DNA of 64,000 bases from contig CP060754.1 in assembly GCA_023205875.1 (NCBI GenBank), forward strand, positions 1,116,001 through 1,180,000, read 5' to 3'. The stretch comes from Chloropicon primus (taxonomy: Eukaryota). Positions 43,501 through 53,185 of the stretch are shown here, one piece after another. Positions within the stretch are counted from its first letter, which is position 1. Each line of letters starts with the position of its first letter. The notes beneath the pieces were generated by a model. It worked only from the letters and a program-made list of their open reading frames with translations. It did not search any database and was not told the origin of the DNA. Position numbers and translations under genes: made by a program.

Positions 43501-44624
43501 CGAAGGGGAAGAGCATCCTGGTCACCTCGCATACAAACAACGCTGTTGATAACATTCTCATGAGGCTGGTGGAGGAAGACGTCGACTTTGTGAGAATTGG
43601 TAACGCAAAGTCAGTGGCAAATCAAGTCAAACCTTACATGGTGGGCGGCGAGAGAAAGCAAATTGAGAATTTTGATGCCTACGCCCAGCTCATGGACGAA
43701 GCCAAGGTGGTGGGTTGCACTTGCTACAACATGAGCCACGCGGTGTTCATGCACAGGCAGTTTGACTATTGCATCGTGGACGAAGCCAGCCAGATCACTC
43801 TGCCCGCGGTCTTAGGGCCTTTGGTGAGGTCCCACAAGTTTGTCCTGGTGGGGGACAATTACCAGCTCCCACCTCTGGTGTTGAGCCCGAAAGCTGCGAT
43901 GGCAGGGCTGGGCAAGAGCCTCTTTGTTGAGCTGGCAGAAGCCCACCCAGAATCGGTTGTCTTTTTTGATGAGCAATACCGGATGGCTCAGGAGATTAGC
44001 GATCTCAGCAGTTCCTTGATCTACTGCAACAGGCTCAAGTGCGGGGATCGGGGCAACGAGCAGCGCATGGGGGAGGCTTCGGCGCATCAAGCGGATGCGT
44101 CCCAGCCGGAGTGGCTGGCAGCTTGCCTGGATCCAGAGAAGAAAGTTGTCTTCGTCGACACGGATGGGCTCGGGGTGAACTTGGAGCGAATCCATGGGAC
44201 GAGCGTGAGCAACAACACTGAGGCGGATATGTGCATCGAGGTCATCAAAAGCTTTGTCACTCTCCAAAACGCATTACTGGATGAAATTGGCGTCATGTCA
44301 GTTTACAATATGCAAGTCAGTCTGCTCCAACAGAAAGTCAGAACAGAATGTACCAGCTTCAGCGATTTACTTGAAATACACACCGTGGATAGATTCCAGG
44401 GACGGGACAAGGACATCGTTCTCATTTCCTTTGTCAGAAGCAACACGGAACGCCACTGCGGGAACTTGCTGCTGGACTGGAGGAGAGTCAACGTTGCCCT
44501 AACGAGGGCCAAGCGCAAGCTCATAATGATCGGGTCCAGCAGCACGCTAGCGGGCGCGCCGATCTTGCATTCCATGATTTCCATGGTGAAAGGTCATGGG
44601 GACCTCGTCTCTGCCGAGGGCTGA
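40572..44624 (+). CDS. DNA2: DNA replication ATP-dependent helicase/nuclease DNA2
   Basis: CTRQAVL, YGLKGVVD, PLEIKTG, CSRC Fe-S cysteines, GTPGSGKST, DEASQ, TVDRFQGRDK, RRVNVALTRAK. Confidence 0.95.
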   Translation: MKKWQRDRSKKNASNGASIQSFFKPKAKLGGGGHDDGVQENNTAAEAGAKATGAEDCAKGMRRRSIGLANLGASHTSEVDTESQVLPMSQGVGIVWQNSPARGKGGAADLETQGELAISGEEREPLRDLMLCVAKPRESASAVNGKNKNKAIEDLMVTASVSPVGSPDEGSGGAKKSGDNPFARKRSARQSPPAQPSKVPRSAFTDRLEAMRRKGTSTSGRPAKRDGGDGVGGEGGRNQALFDVLKKVERAMAKKQLKKNGNGGPAQNSASKASGVPPSQKATMRFQSKEVLNAMEGMVATKKDNQVSCSAQPSAQEALVSRKVVACVVLEVFEAADLRTSFKDDALAAGMSFGDKLVRAMNAKGLEEIYLKLQGSWSGSHLGIGEELNIVVSSGAKTGDGARSLDGKEVWTISDKSENKALVRHPGRLVTGTKLSAATRCTRQAVLDEKVQNGFGYNPPAVLGNLKHEMIQRSMVRNTWTKKFFLEQIDSLVEESYESLYGAQMGLAETVNELQKFIPIVQKFMAENMALELSDLSLNSGAKGAPKAFGALGGEDKKRAALDICQIVDVEDYLTSATYGLKGVVDVSLKGRVRRNGKAKDDFGASERKQSLMPLEIKTGKEYFTHRAQLVTYVLLMEDAYGVPVNEAVMWYTGRGGPSVIPVSNQERRHIIQARNYLAGALQDHQLPNVLADRSSCSRCFSLSACMGLHKIVEGGGEKSSGIGDQYTALTSHISLHHVEYFQRWYTALCHEEEFARNRNRKEWASRGISLSLSSEAPLEVSRDSRPNHQGHCYTFRPSRGGSQGGSKSQKGSSGFSLGFDLEVGERVKLIALNLDRPLETRARVHRLTPGDESIDFIVTQPLTAYMGKVDIAWRMVRDHGSSLNGLMKGNLLDLVMEKDRKNVQRLREVIIDKASPRSVPLDSRTTLKGLSESSLNLRQKEAALSVMNAEDYALVLGTPGSGKSTVIVQIIKLLLAKGKSILVTSHTNNAVDNILMRLVEEDVDFVRIGNAKSVANQVKPYMVGGERKQIENFDAYAQLMDEAKVVGCTCYNMSHAVFMHRQFDYCIVDEASQITLPAVLGPLVRSHKFVLVGDNYQLPPLVLSPKAAMAGLGKSLFVELAEAHPESVVFFDEQYRMAQEISDLSSSLIYCNRLKCGDRGNEQRMGEASAHQADASQPEWLAACLDPEKKVVFVDTDGLGVNLERIHGTSVSNNTEADMCIEVIKSFVTLQNALLDEIGVMSVYNMQVSLLQQKVRTECTSFSDLLEIHTVDRFQGRDKDIVLISFVRSNTERHCGNLLLDWRRVNVALTRAKRKLIMIGSSSTLAGAPILHSMISMVKGHGDLVSAEG

Positions 44625-44636
44625 AGAGGAAAAAGC

Positions 44637-45365
44637 TCAGCTCCTCTTCCTCGCATAGTCTCTTTCCCTCTGGAACTGCTCGAACCTATTGTTGTACAAG
44701 GGCTCCCCTCCTGTAATAATATTGTACCCGCACGGCCTCGTATTTATGTTGCCACACCTCGTGTTGTTCGTTTCGCTCGAGAGCACCTCGACCGAGTGGT
44801 GCAGCTGCTGGGACGTTCTGAAGCCCTTGGAAGGGGAGTAGGTTCCTTGGATCACGTTATAGTTGCTCGCCGGCTTCCAAGCTCCTCTCACCTCGGCCTT
44901 GGAGAGGTAGTCAGGATCAAAGTCAACGTTGTTGGTTGTCCTGTAGTCGCCCTGGTCCAGGCCAAGAGACTCGATCTGAGAAGTGTTCGGCTCCACCTTA
45001 CTTGCCGCTGTTTTGTAACCCTCTGGGGGCGGCTTGTACGAGTATCGCGTCTCCGTCAAGCTCCTGCTGTTCGCGTTTTGGTCACTGCCGTTGCCCATCT
45101 CTATGTGCCAAGTCGTCTCGAACTGGAAGCTCCCGGAGCCCTTGACCGTCCTTATGCTTGGGGCACCTGCTGGCTTGTCACTCCGAGCCCTCTCGAACTG
45201 GTTCGCGTCAGCCGTGTCAGCAGCATATCTGGGAAACATGTTCTCCCTCAAGTTGCTTCCAACGCTCAGCTCCTTGTAGGAAAGGCCGCCAGGGTTCTCC
45301 CCCTTCAGCGTCTGGAAGTGCTTCTTCGCGTCCGGCTGCCTCATCGCGTTCTCTTTCAATTCCAA
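44637..45365 (-). CDS. Hypothetical protein with repeated YN(V/I)I motifs, possibly axonemal; 5' end unresolved
   Basis: Frame stays open up to a likely AG acceptor near 45530; NYNVIQG and GYNIITG motifs. Confidence 0.6.
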   Translation of the reverse strand: MELKENAMRQPDAKKHFQTLKGENPGGLSYKELSVGSNLRENMFPRYAADTADANQFERARSDKPAGAPSIRTVKGSGSFQFETTWHIEMGNGSDQNANSRSLTETRYSYKPPPEGYKTAASKVEPNTSQIESLGLDQGDYRTTNNVDFDPDYLSKAEVRGAWKPASNYNVIQGTYSPSKGFRTSQQLHHSVEVLSSETNNTRCGNINTRPCGYNIITGGEPLYNNRFEQFQRERDYARKRS

Positions 45366-46216
45366 GCAATCTGCGCCTAGATCGACCTTCCTCGGTGCGT
45401 TTGGCGAAGCAGCTCTCTCGAACCCCTTTGTAGGAAAAGCCGCGACTCCTGTCCAAACGAGTTTGGATGTCCTCCGCGAGTCAACCCTCCTCTTTCTCCC
45501 TGGCCTGGCTTCCGATAGAGTCTTCCGGGCCTACTTCGCACGAAGACTGGGGCAGGAACCACACAATCTCAGAATCACGCAAGCCACAACGACTCGGGAT
45601 CCACCTTCCTCTTCAGCACTCCTTTCTTTCCAAACACTTGTCTCCCTCCAAGGTGGTGTGGTGTGCTCCAAGTTCTGCGCCTTTCCCCGCAGCTTTTCCG
45701 AGCCCTCCGTTCGCCAAAACCTTCGACTGACCACTCAATGGAAAGCCCTCGAGTCGAACTTGCGTTCAATTCAACCCTCTTTCCACTCTTTCCCCGTCCT
45801 CGTCCTCCTGGTTCAAGACAAAACACTGCCTCTGCCTCAATCCAAGACACCTTCTTCCCCCTCGATTTAAGCAGGGGACCAATTTCGTCGTACAATCAAT
45901 TTTTTTTTCGAGGAGGGAAATCAAAACGGTCACCAAGAAATTCAAAACACCAAGGGGCCCCTCCTCGAGGAAAGGAGGAAAGGAGGAAGGTTTGGGCCTT
46001 GACCGTAGGCCGGGAAGGGGGACGGGGCGCGGAGGGAGCGCGACCACACGAAAGAACGTCCCGAGATCTTTCCATTGATAGGTTCCTTTGGGTTCTTGTG
46101 CCGAGGTGTGACGGAACACGACATTGGTTTTGTTCTCTCTCTCTCTCTCTCTCGTTCTCAAAAGTTTTGTGAGAAGCTGTTCTGTGTCGGGCACAGGGAC
46201 AGTAAGAAGGGAAAGG

Positions 46217-47940
46217 ATGCAGGTGAGTGCCGTGTTTTGGATTGGAAGGGATGATCACGCTGGAACGAGCGAACTTGCTCACGAAAGAAACTCCTACGAC
46301 TCGTTTTCCTTGCATATTCTCTGTGCACACAAGGCCACTCCTGGGAGAGACTCGAGGAGCTACGCGGAGATACAAAAGTATCTGCAGAGTGACTACACGG
46401 CGAGCTCGGCGAAGATGGACGACGAGTCCAGCAGCACGATGACGAGGGTCTTGGCTCGGCTGAATCGGTCACAGCCGGTTACCGAACCCCCCAGCGCGAC
46501 CAAAGAGTCAGGTATGTCTCGGTGCCACTCCTTTCTCTGCTTGGGGTATTCTGACCACTCTTCTCTCTCCTCTCCTTTGCCTTTGCAGCCCGCACGAACA
46601 GGAAGCTCTTCACTCGTCGTGCCTCTGCCACTGCCGAGTATACGGACTTGCTGCAGCAGAGAGCGCTTTCCCAGCTCTCGCTGAGCAACCAGGAGGGGGC
46701 TTCGATATCGAACCAGTCTCAGGGCAACGCCATGGACGAGGAGGAGGTCCTCCGCAGGTACCTTGGCAAGAGGCGGGGGTCCAAGAGTCATCATCAAGGC
46801 AATGAGAACGATTCGAACGAGACACTAGTCAAGGCGGGCGTCTTGAAGGACCTCAGGGGAAAGTTGGCGACCACGGAACAAAAGCTCCGCGTGGTTCAGT
46901 CGGACCTGGTCACCAAATGCGACGAAGTGAGGAAGCTTCTGGCCAAGGTGAGCCGGCTGGAAAAGGAGAAGTCCCGGGCCCTGCAGAGCCAGATCGACGC
47001 CCTGCCCAAGAGCGACAGGAAGAAAGCAAAGGCGAGCATCTGGAGCAAGCTTGAGAAGGACACGAAGAAGAGGGACGCGAGGTTTTCGCAAATTTTGCAG
47101 CACTATGAGATCCTGGAAGGCCAGTACAACGAGTCCGTGAAAACCAGGGAGGACCTGGAGACGAGCTTGACGAGAACGAGGGACGAGCTTGGGAGGAAGG
47201 AGGTGGAAAACACAACGTTGAAGGAGGAATGCGTTTCCATGACCGTCTCCATGCAGAAGTCGAGGCTGGAATTCCTCGAGTGCATGAAGTCCCTGCAGGA
47301 TCTGAAGAGGTCGCACGAGCTGTGCCAGGAGGATTGCTCGCAGATGAAGTCGGTGATCGGGGCGCAGGAGGCCACCATCGCCAAGCAGAGCGAAGAGCTG
47401 GAAAGGCTGAAGAAACTGCAGGAGAGGACCCTCAAGGAGAAAGTGAGGAAGGACCACAAGATCGGGGCCCTGCAGAAGAAGGTGAAGAAGATGGCCCAAG
47501 AGACGGACTTGCTAAAGAAGACTCAGGAGACGTATGAGTCGGACTACTACAACTTGGAGGACAGGATGAAGGTCCTTAGGAAGAGGAACAGCTTTTTGGA
47601 GGTGAACCTCGGCAAGGCGAACAAGATCACCAACGACGCCAAGAAGACCGTTGAAATGAAGGAGCAGGAGTGCAAGCTCATGGCTTCGATCATTAACTCC
47701 AGCAGGGCGGCTCCCCGGGCCCCAGCTCCAGGGCCGGCCGCAACCACCGCGCCGACGAGGAGCCCCGAACCCACCTTCTTCTCAAGAGGCTCTTTCGGGG
47801 GCGGTGCGGCCCCCAAGAGGGAGGGCGACAGGACGGCCAGGTCCATAGAAGACGAGCTGGCTCACATGGACCTGGTGGTCTCGCCCTCGGACTCGTTGGA
47901 AGGTGGCGACCACTCGGACGGCTCCGAGGACGAGGAATAA
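46217..47940 (+). CDS. Coiled-coil protein, probably 3 exons
   Basis: Exons 46217-46222, 46334-46511, 46589-47940 join in frame (alternative start ATG 46415); long heptad region. Confidence 0.7.
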
Positions 47941-48360
47941 TTCTAGATCCAATTTGCATTAGTCGCGAATTCAGCACTCTTTCTCGATGCGTGTCACAGC
48001 CTTGGCATCCCCCCCATCATCCCGCTCCTAAGAGCGAGCGACCGGTCCATCGTGGCAGCAGAGCAACTCTCCTTCGTCCACTAATCCTCCTAATTTCTCT
48101 CTCCCTTTGCTTGCTGCTGCCGCTTCTGGTTTTGGATGAAACCCAATCCAAGGAGATGGATGGCAATGGAAGCCAATGGAGGACAATGCCAACCCGCAAC
48201 TCGAGAGATCCCCCACCCCCTCACCCCCCTTCCTCCTGATGCTCCTCCTGATGCTCCTCCCGATGCTCCTCTGCCAAAGGCCAAGGCCAAGGGCTCAGCA
48301 GAAGGCCAAGATCTTGTCTGCCGCTGCAGCAGAAGGAGAGGAACCGAAAGTTTGGTGGAG

Positions 48361-49290
48361 ATGATAGCGCGCGTGGGTGTACTCGGGATGAGGCAGTGCC
48401 CGGCCTCCGTGACGTCGACGACGAGGGCATGCGCCGCTTGGCGCACATACCGAAGCTCAGCGCAGAGAGCGGGTTGTTTGAAACTGAGGGAGCACAGGAC
48501 ACAGACGTGTTGTCCACAAACGCACAAGGTTCGTGGTGGCAGGCACAGGAGCAGGCTCCTGACGCAGCTCGCGGCGGCGGACATCGCGTGGAGCAGCGCG
48601 AGCGTGGAGAGCAACGAGAAGGTCGGGAAGGACAGGTACAAGCTCGTGCTCGACATCGGCGAGGACGTGGCGAAGGGGTACACGGTCCCTGGGCAGTACG
48701 TGCAGCTTCGCTGCGGGGAGGAGCAGAAGCCCGCGTTCATCGCGATAGCGAACGCTCCGTCCGAGAGCTCGTTGGTGGAGATCGTGGTGAAGACGAACGA
48801 CGGCACCGCGGGAGCCATCTGCGCACTGGGAAAGGGCGAGGAGCTCGACGTCAGTCCCGTGATGGGCAAAGGCTTCGCGGTGGAGGACAAGGCTCCCCTC
48901 TCCACCTGCAAGAACGTCTACCTGGTCGCGACAGGGACCGGCATTGCTCCCATCAGAGCGCTCATCCAGTCGGGAGACCTGGAGATCCCAAGCAGGGAGT
49001 CGGTGGCCCTGTACTACGGGTACAGGAACCAGGACTACTGCGCGTACAGCGAGGAGTTCCCAGAGTGGGAGAAGTTGGGCGTCAAAGTCATCCCGGTGCT
49101 CTCGGAGCCTGGGTCAGACTGGCAAGGGGACAGCGGCTACGTCCAAGACACCTTCAAGGCCAACGAGAAGCTCGAGGAGCCGCAGGGCGTCGTCGCGATT
49201 ATCGCGGGCCAGTACGAGCTCGCGGGGGTCTTCTCCGAGATGTTCAAGGAGGCCGCTGTCCCCGAGGAAAGAGTTATTCTGAACTTTTAA
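48361..49290 (+). CDS. Plastid FNR-like FAD/NAD(P)-binding oxidoreductase (pKIWI502-like)
   Basis: YTVPGQYVQL, SPVMGKGF, LVATGTGIAPIRA, GYVQD, C-terminal ILNF; transit peptide. Confidence 0.88.
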   Translation: MIARVGVLGMRQCPASVTSTTRACAAWRTYRSSAQRAGCLKLREHRTQTCCPQTHKVRGGRHRSRLLTQLAAADIAWSSASVESNEKVGKDRYKLVLDIGEDVAKGYTVPGQYVQLRCGEEQKPAFIAIANAPSESSLVEIVVKTNDGTAGAICALGKGEELDVSPVMGKGFAVEDKAPLSTCKNVYLVATGTGIAPIRALIQSGDLEIPSRESVALYYGYRNQDYCAYSEEFPEWEKLGVKVIPVLSEPGSDWQGDSGYVQDTFKANEKLEEPQGVVAIIAGQYELAGVFSEMFKEAAVPEERVILNF

Positions 49291-49341
49291 GGAACAAGAA
49301 GGTAAATAAAGTGTTCTATTAAGCGGTTACAATAAGCGATC

Positions 49342-51072
49342 TTAGTTCCCTTTGCTTACTGCGAACTGGGTCAGGGTCGAGACCCCGAATCCGGTCGCTC
49401 CGCCGTTCTTCTCGTCCCAGACAGGTCCAGCCATGTCGATGTGAGCCCAGGAGGTGTTCTCAGGCACGAACTCCTTCAGGTACAATGCAGCAGTGATGCT
49501 GCCTCCCCACCTGATGCCCGTGTTCTTCATGTCCGCCACGGGGGACTTGAGCAACTCGAGGTAATCGTCCTCGAGGGGCATCCTCCACAGCTTCTCTCCG
49601 TGCACGGCGCCGCTGGAGCTCAACTCGTTCGCGAGCTCGTCCGTGTTGGCGTAGAGCCCTCCGATGTTCATGCCAAGGGCGACCATGCAGGCACCGGTGA
49701 GCGTGGCGATGTCGACGATGGTGGAGCAGCCCTGGTTTCCAGCGTAGATGATCGCGTCGCACAGCGTGAGCCTTCCCTCAGCGTCCGTGTTGTTCACCTC
49801 CACAGTCTTCCCGTTCGAAGCGGTGATGACGTCTCCAGGCCTCAAGCCGTGGCCGTTGATCATGTTCTCGCAAGCGGCCACGATGAAGTGGACCTCCACG
49901 TTCTTTGGCTTGATCCCACCGAGGGCCATTGCGCTACCCAAGACGGCTCCGGAGCCTCCCATGTCGAACTTCATCATCTCAATCATGCTTCCCGCACCGG
50001 CCTTGAGGTTGTACCCGCCGGAATCGAAAGTGACTCCCTTGCCCACGTAGCCTATCTTTGGGGAGCTCTCCGTGCTTCCGGGCCCCTTGTACTTCAGGTG
50101 GATGAACTGGGACTGGGTGTCGGCGGCCTGCCCGACGGCCAGGTAGCAGCCCATGCCCAAGTCCTCGCACTCCTTCCTGCCGAGGACCTTGAGCTCAAAC
50201 ACGTCCGGGAAGGTCTTGGCGATCAAGGCGGCGCAGTCCGCCAGGTGCTTTGGGGAAGCAACGTTTGGAGGGGCCTCCACGAGGTACCTCGCGGTCGTGA
50301 TTCCCTTGGCGAGGGCGACCGCGTCGGCGACCTTAGCGTCCAGATCGTCCACGGTCCCCAGGATCTCCACGCTCGTCAGCGTGCCCGTGCTCCCGCTCTT
50401 CTGCTTGGACTTGAACCTGGTGCTCTCGTAAGCCCCGAGAAGCAGCCCGTTGCACACATCTTGGATCGTCGGTGGAGTGGATCCAGGGACCAGGAGGCCA
50501 GCCGTCTTGAACTTGTTGCTCTTGCTCACAGACTTCATGGTCGACCCGAGGTTCTGCCACGCAGACTTTCCCCACTTCTTCTCCTTCTCCAGGTCCTCCT
50601 TGGTCCCGAGGCCGACGAGGCAGATGTTCTTCGCCGCGCTCGATCCGCACGTGTTGAACATCTTCGAGCTTCCCGGCTTGAGCTTGAACTCCTCGTCACC
50701 GAGAAGGTCCAGGACGGCGGCATGGACCGAGGGGCTGAAACCCTCGAGAGTAGGCACCTTCATCTTCTTAGCGTCCGCGTCGTACACGTCCTCCGTCAGA
50801 GCCACGAAGAGAACATCTCCCTTCCACGCCGTAGCCTCCGTCGCCACGCAAGACATCGCCGGTGGATCCGGCATGGAAAACAGGTCCACCGAAGCGAACT
50901 CGGCATTCACTCCCTTCGACACCACATTCCCAAGCGGACTCGCTGCAGCCATGGTCTTCGTCGCGCGTCTCGTCGTCGTCGTCGTCCTCGTCCTCGTCGT
51001 CGTCGTCGTCCACTGTCTCTTTTTGGTCAACCTGATCGAACTGAGTATGCTCGACCTCACTCTACTAATCAT
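49342..51072 (-). CDS. M17 leucyl aminopeptidase
   Basis: GKGVTFDSGG, MKFDMGG, NTDAEGRL, DIATLTGA. Confidence 0.95.
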   Translation of the reverse strand: MISRVRSSILSSIRLTKKRQWTTTTTRTRTTTTTRRATKTMAAASPLGNVVSKGVNAEFASVDLFSMPDPPAMSCVATEATAWKGDVLFVALTEDVYDADAKKMKVPTLEGFSPSVHAAVLDLLGDEEFKLKPGSSKMFNTCGSSAAKNICLVGLGTKEDLEKEKKWGKSAWQNLGSTMKSVSKSNKFKTAGLLVPGSTPPTIQDVCNGLLLGAYESTRFKSKQKSGSTGTLTSVEILGTVDDLDAKVADAVALAKGITTARYLVEAPPNVASPKHLADCAALIAKTFPDVFELKVLGRKECEDLGMGCYLAVGQAADTQSQFIHLKYKGPGSTESSPKIGYVGKGVTFDSGGYNLKAGAGSMIEMMKFDMGGSGAVLGSAMALGGIKPKNVEVHFIVAACENMINGHGLRPGDVITASNGKTVEVNNTDAEGRLTLCDAIIYAGNQGCSTIVDIATLTGACMVALGMNIGGLYANTDELANELSSSGAVHGEKLWRMPLEDDYLELLKSPVADMKNTGIRWGGSITAALYLKEFVPENTSWAHIDMAGPVWDEKNGGATGFGVSTLTQFAVSKGN

Positions 51073-51210
51073 CGTTTGGCCTCTTCTCTCTCTCTCTCTC
51101 TCTCTAATCCTCTGTCCTCTCCCTCCTCTGGAGTTGCGGAAGAAGGGAATAGCACAGACTCGTGGACCAGAATCATCCTTTCTCAAAGGGAGGAAGGAAG
51201 CAGAACGGAG

Positions 51211-51538
51211 GGGGAAGGGGACGAGAGGGGGGGAGGAGGACCAAGGGAGAGTCACCATCCATCATCCATCATCCATCATCATGTCTCTTTCTCTCTTGGT
51301 TTTCCTCTTGGGATCGATTGATTCATGAAGAAGGACAGAGACGGTCCGTGTCCAGGACAGGACAGATGATGGACAGGACAGAGGGGAAGGGGACGAGAGG
51401 GGGGGAGGAGGACCAAGGGAGAGTCACCATCCATCATCCATCATCCATCATCATGTCTCTTTCTCTCTTGGTTTTCCTCTTGGGATCGATCGATTCATGA
51501 AGAAGGACAGAGACGGTCCGTGTCCAGGACAGGACAGA
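51211..51538. repeat. Near-perfect tandem duplication, 172-bp period
   Basis: ~156-bp block at 51211-51366 repeated at 51383-51538 with one visible substitution. Confidence 0.95.
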
Positions 51539-51703
51539 GGGGACAGAGCAAGGGAGGCCTTGGTGGACGGTGTGCGATGCCCTGGCGATTCTCACCTTGG
51601 CACGAGGCCGACGAAGGCTGAAGCAGAGAACATCGTATCAAAACCTCAGATTTGTGTGTTTATGACGTGCTCGAGGCAGGCCTCGCTCCTTCCACCACCT
51701 ATT

Positions 51704-52228
51704 CTATTCTGTCTGCGCGGCGGGGTTCAGCTCCTGAATCGCTATCAGCGTGAAATCCTCGTGGGGCGAGATCATGATCTCGTTCTCCTTGGCTCTGATC
51801 CTCAGGAATTCGAGGTCGTTCTGCGGGTCAAGGTCCCTGACCAAGCTCCTCGCCATACCAGCCAAGTCGGGCATCAGCTCGGCATACTTCTCCGTCAACT
51901 CGGCCTGCACACAAGGCAGTTTTTCCGAAACAGGCACACAAACAGGTTTTCATTTCGTCAGCCAGTCAGTCCCTCCTCGACTCATCTCAAAGAGAATTCG
52001 TTTCGTCCCGTCCAATACTTACGTCCGCAGTCGTCCTGATGGGCTTCCCTTCCTTGTCTACAATTATGGTTCCCACGATGCCCTGCGACACACACAAGAG
52101 AGCGAGCGAGAGAGGAAAGGCTTTTTGGTTAGATTCTTGGGTCATTCACGAGTATTCTTCCACGATCATGCCAAGACACGTACCTTGTGACTATTGATAC
52201 GCTGCAACGTTGCTTCAACCTCAGACAT
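51704..52228 (-). CDS. DYNLRB: Dynein light chain roadblock/LC7, 3 exons
   Basis: Exons 52184-52228 ([15 protein letters not shown]), 52023-52082 ([18 protein letters not shown]), 51704-51904 ([16 protein letters not shown]). Confidence 0.93.
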
Positions 52229-53185
52229 GGTGACTTGGGTTGTGTTATTGTCTAGAACTTTTGTCCAAACCAAAGCAAAGACAAAAAAAGGAGGAAAAAC
52301 ACAAAAGATATCCAAAGGTTCTGGTGTGGTCCGCTGGTCGTCTTCCGAGACCAGACACAAGACAAAGAGGTACCTCCGCTCCAGCGGTTGCTTACGTCTC
52401 TACCAGTGCGAGGGTCGTGTCGTCTTTGGCAACGCTCCCTTCTCTTCGCTGTGTTGACTCGACTCGACTTTCGAAGATTTTCAAGCTCTCGCAAATTTGA
52501 GACTAATTCATCCCTCCTCTCTTCTCTCTCTCTTCTCTCCAACCACGAGAGGAAAGGTGATGGCGATGGCGGTGAGGATGCTGGAGGTCTGGCCTTGGAT
52601 GGGTGGCGGGTCTCATGATCATGAGTCTGTCCTGGTCCCTGTGGTCGCCTCTCCCTGTCCTGTTACATCTCGATTTCAAGATCTTTTGGTAAAAGTTAAA
52701 GGTACTACCAACTTGGTATTGCACTGACACTGTTCCCCTTTCCTCCCCTCCGAGGTTTGGTCCGATCTTGGGTGGATGGTGGAATGGAAGGTGGCCACCA
52801 CCCAGCCCAAGGCCTGCTCCTCTCTCCCCTCTCTCCCCATCCTCTCCCCCCCTTCTCTCTGTTCTCCTCCCCAAGAGAGACCATCATCATCATCATCTTG
52901 GTCCTTTCATCCGCAGTTCCAAGATTAGATGCATTGACAGTGGAGTTGAAGGCCGGTTGCACCCCTTACCTTGGTGCTGCCAATCCAACGACGGGTCCGT
53001 GTCGGCACTCAGAGGACTTGGTCAGGCCTCTGTGAGACACCATCATCCATCGGCAAGTCTCCGCACGCTTGCACTCATTCCAGCCCGAGCACCGCAGCTC
53101 TCTTCTGTCACACAAGCATTGGGACAGCCTTTGAGGAGTTGGGCGTTGTGTCGTGGTGGCAAGGAGAAGGCAGGGGGTTGAGGCC

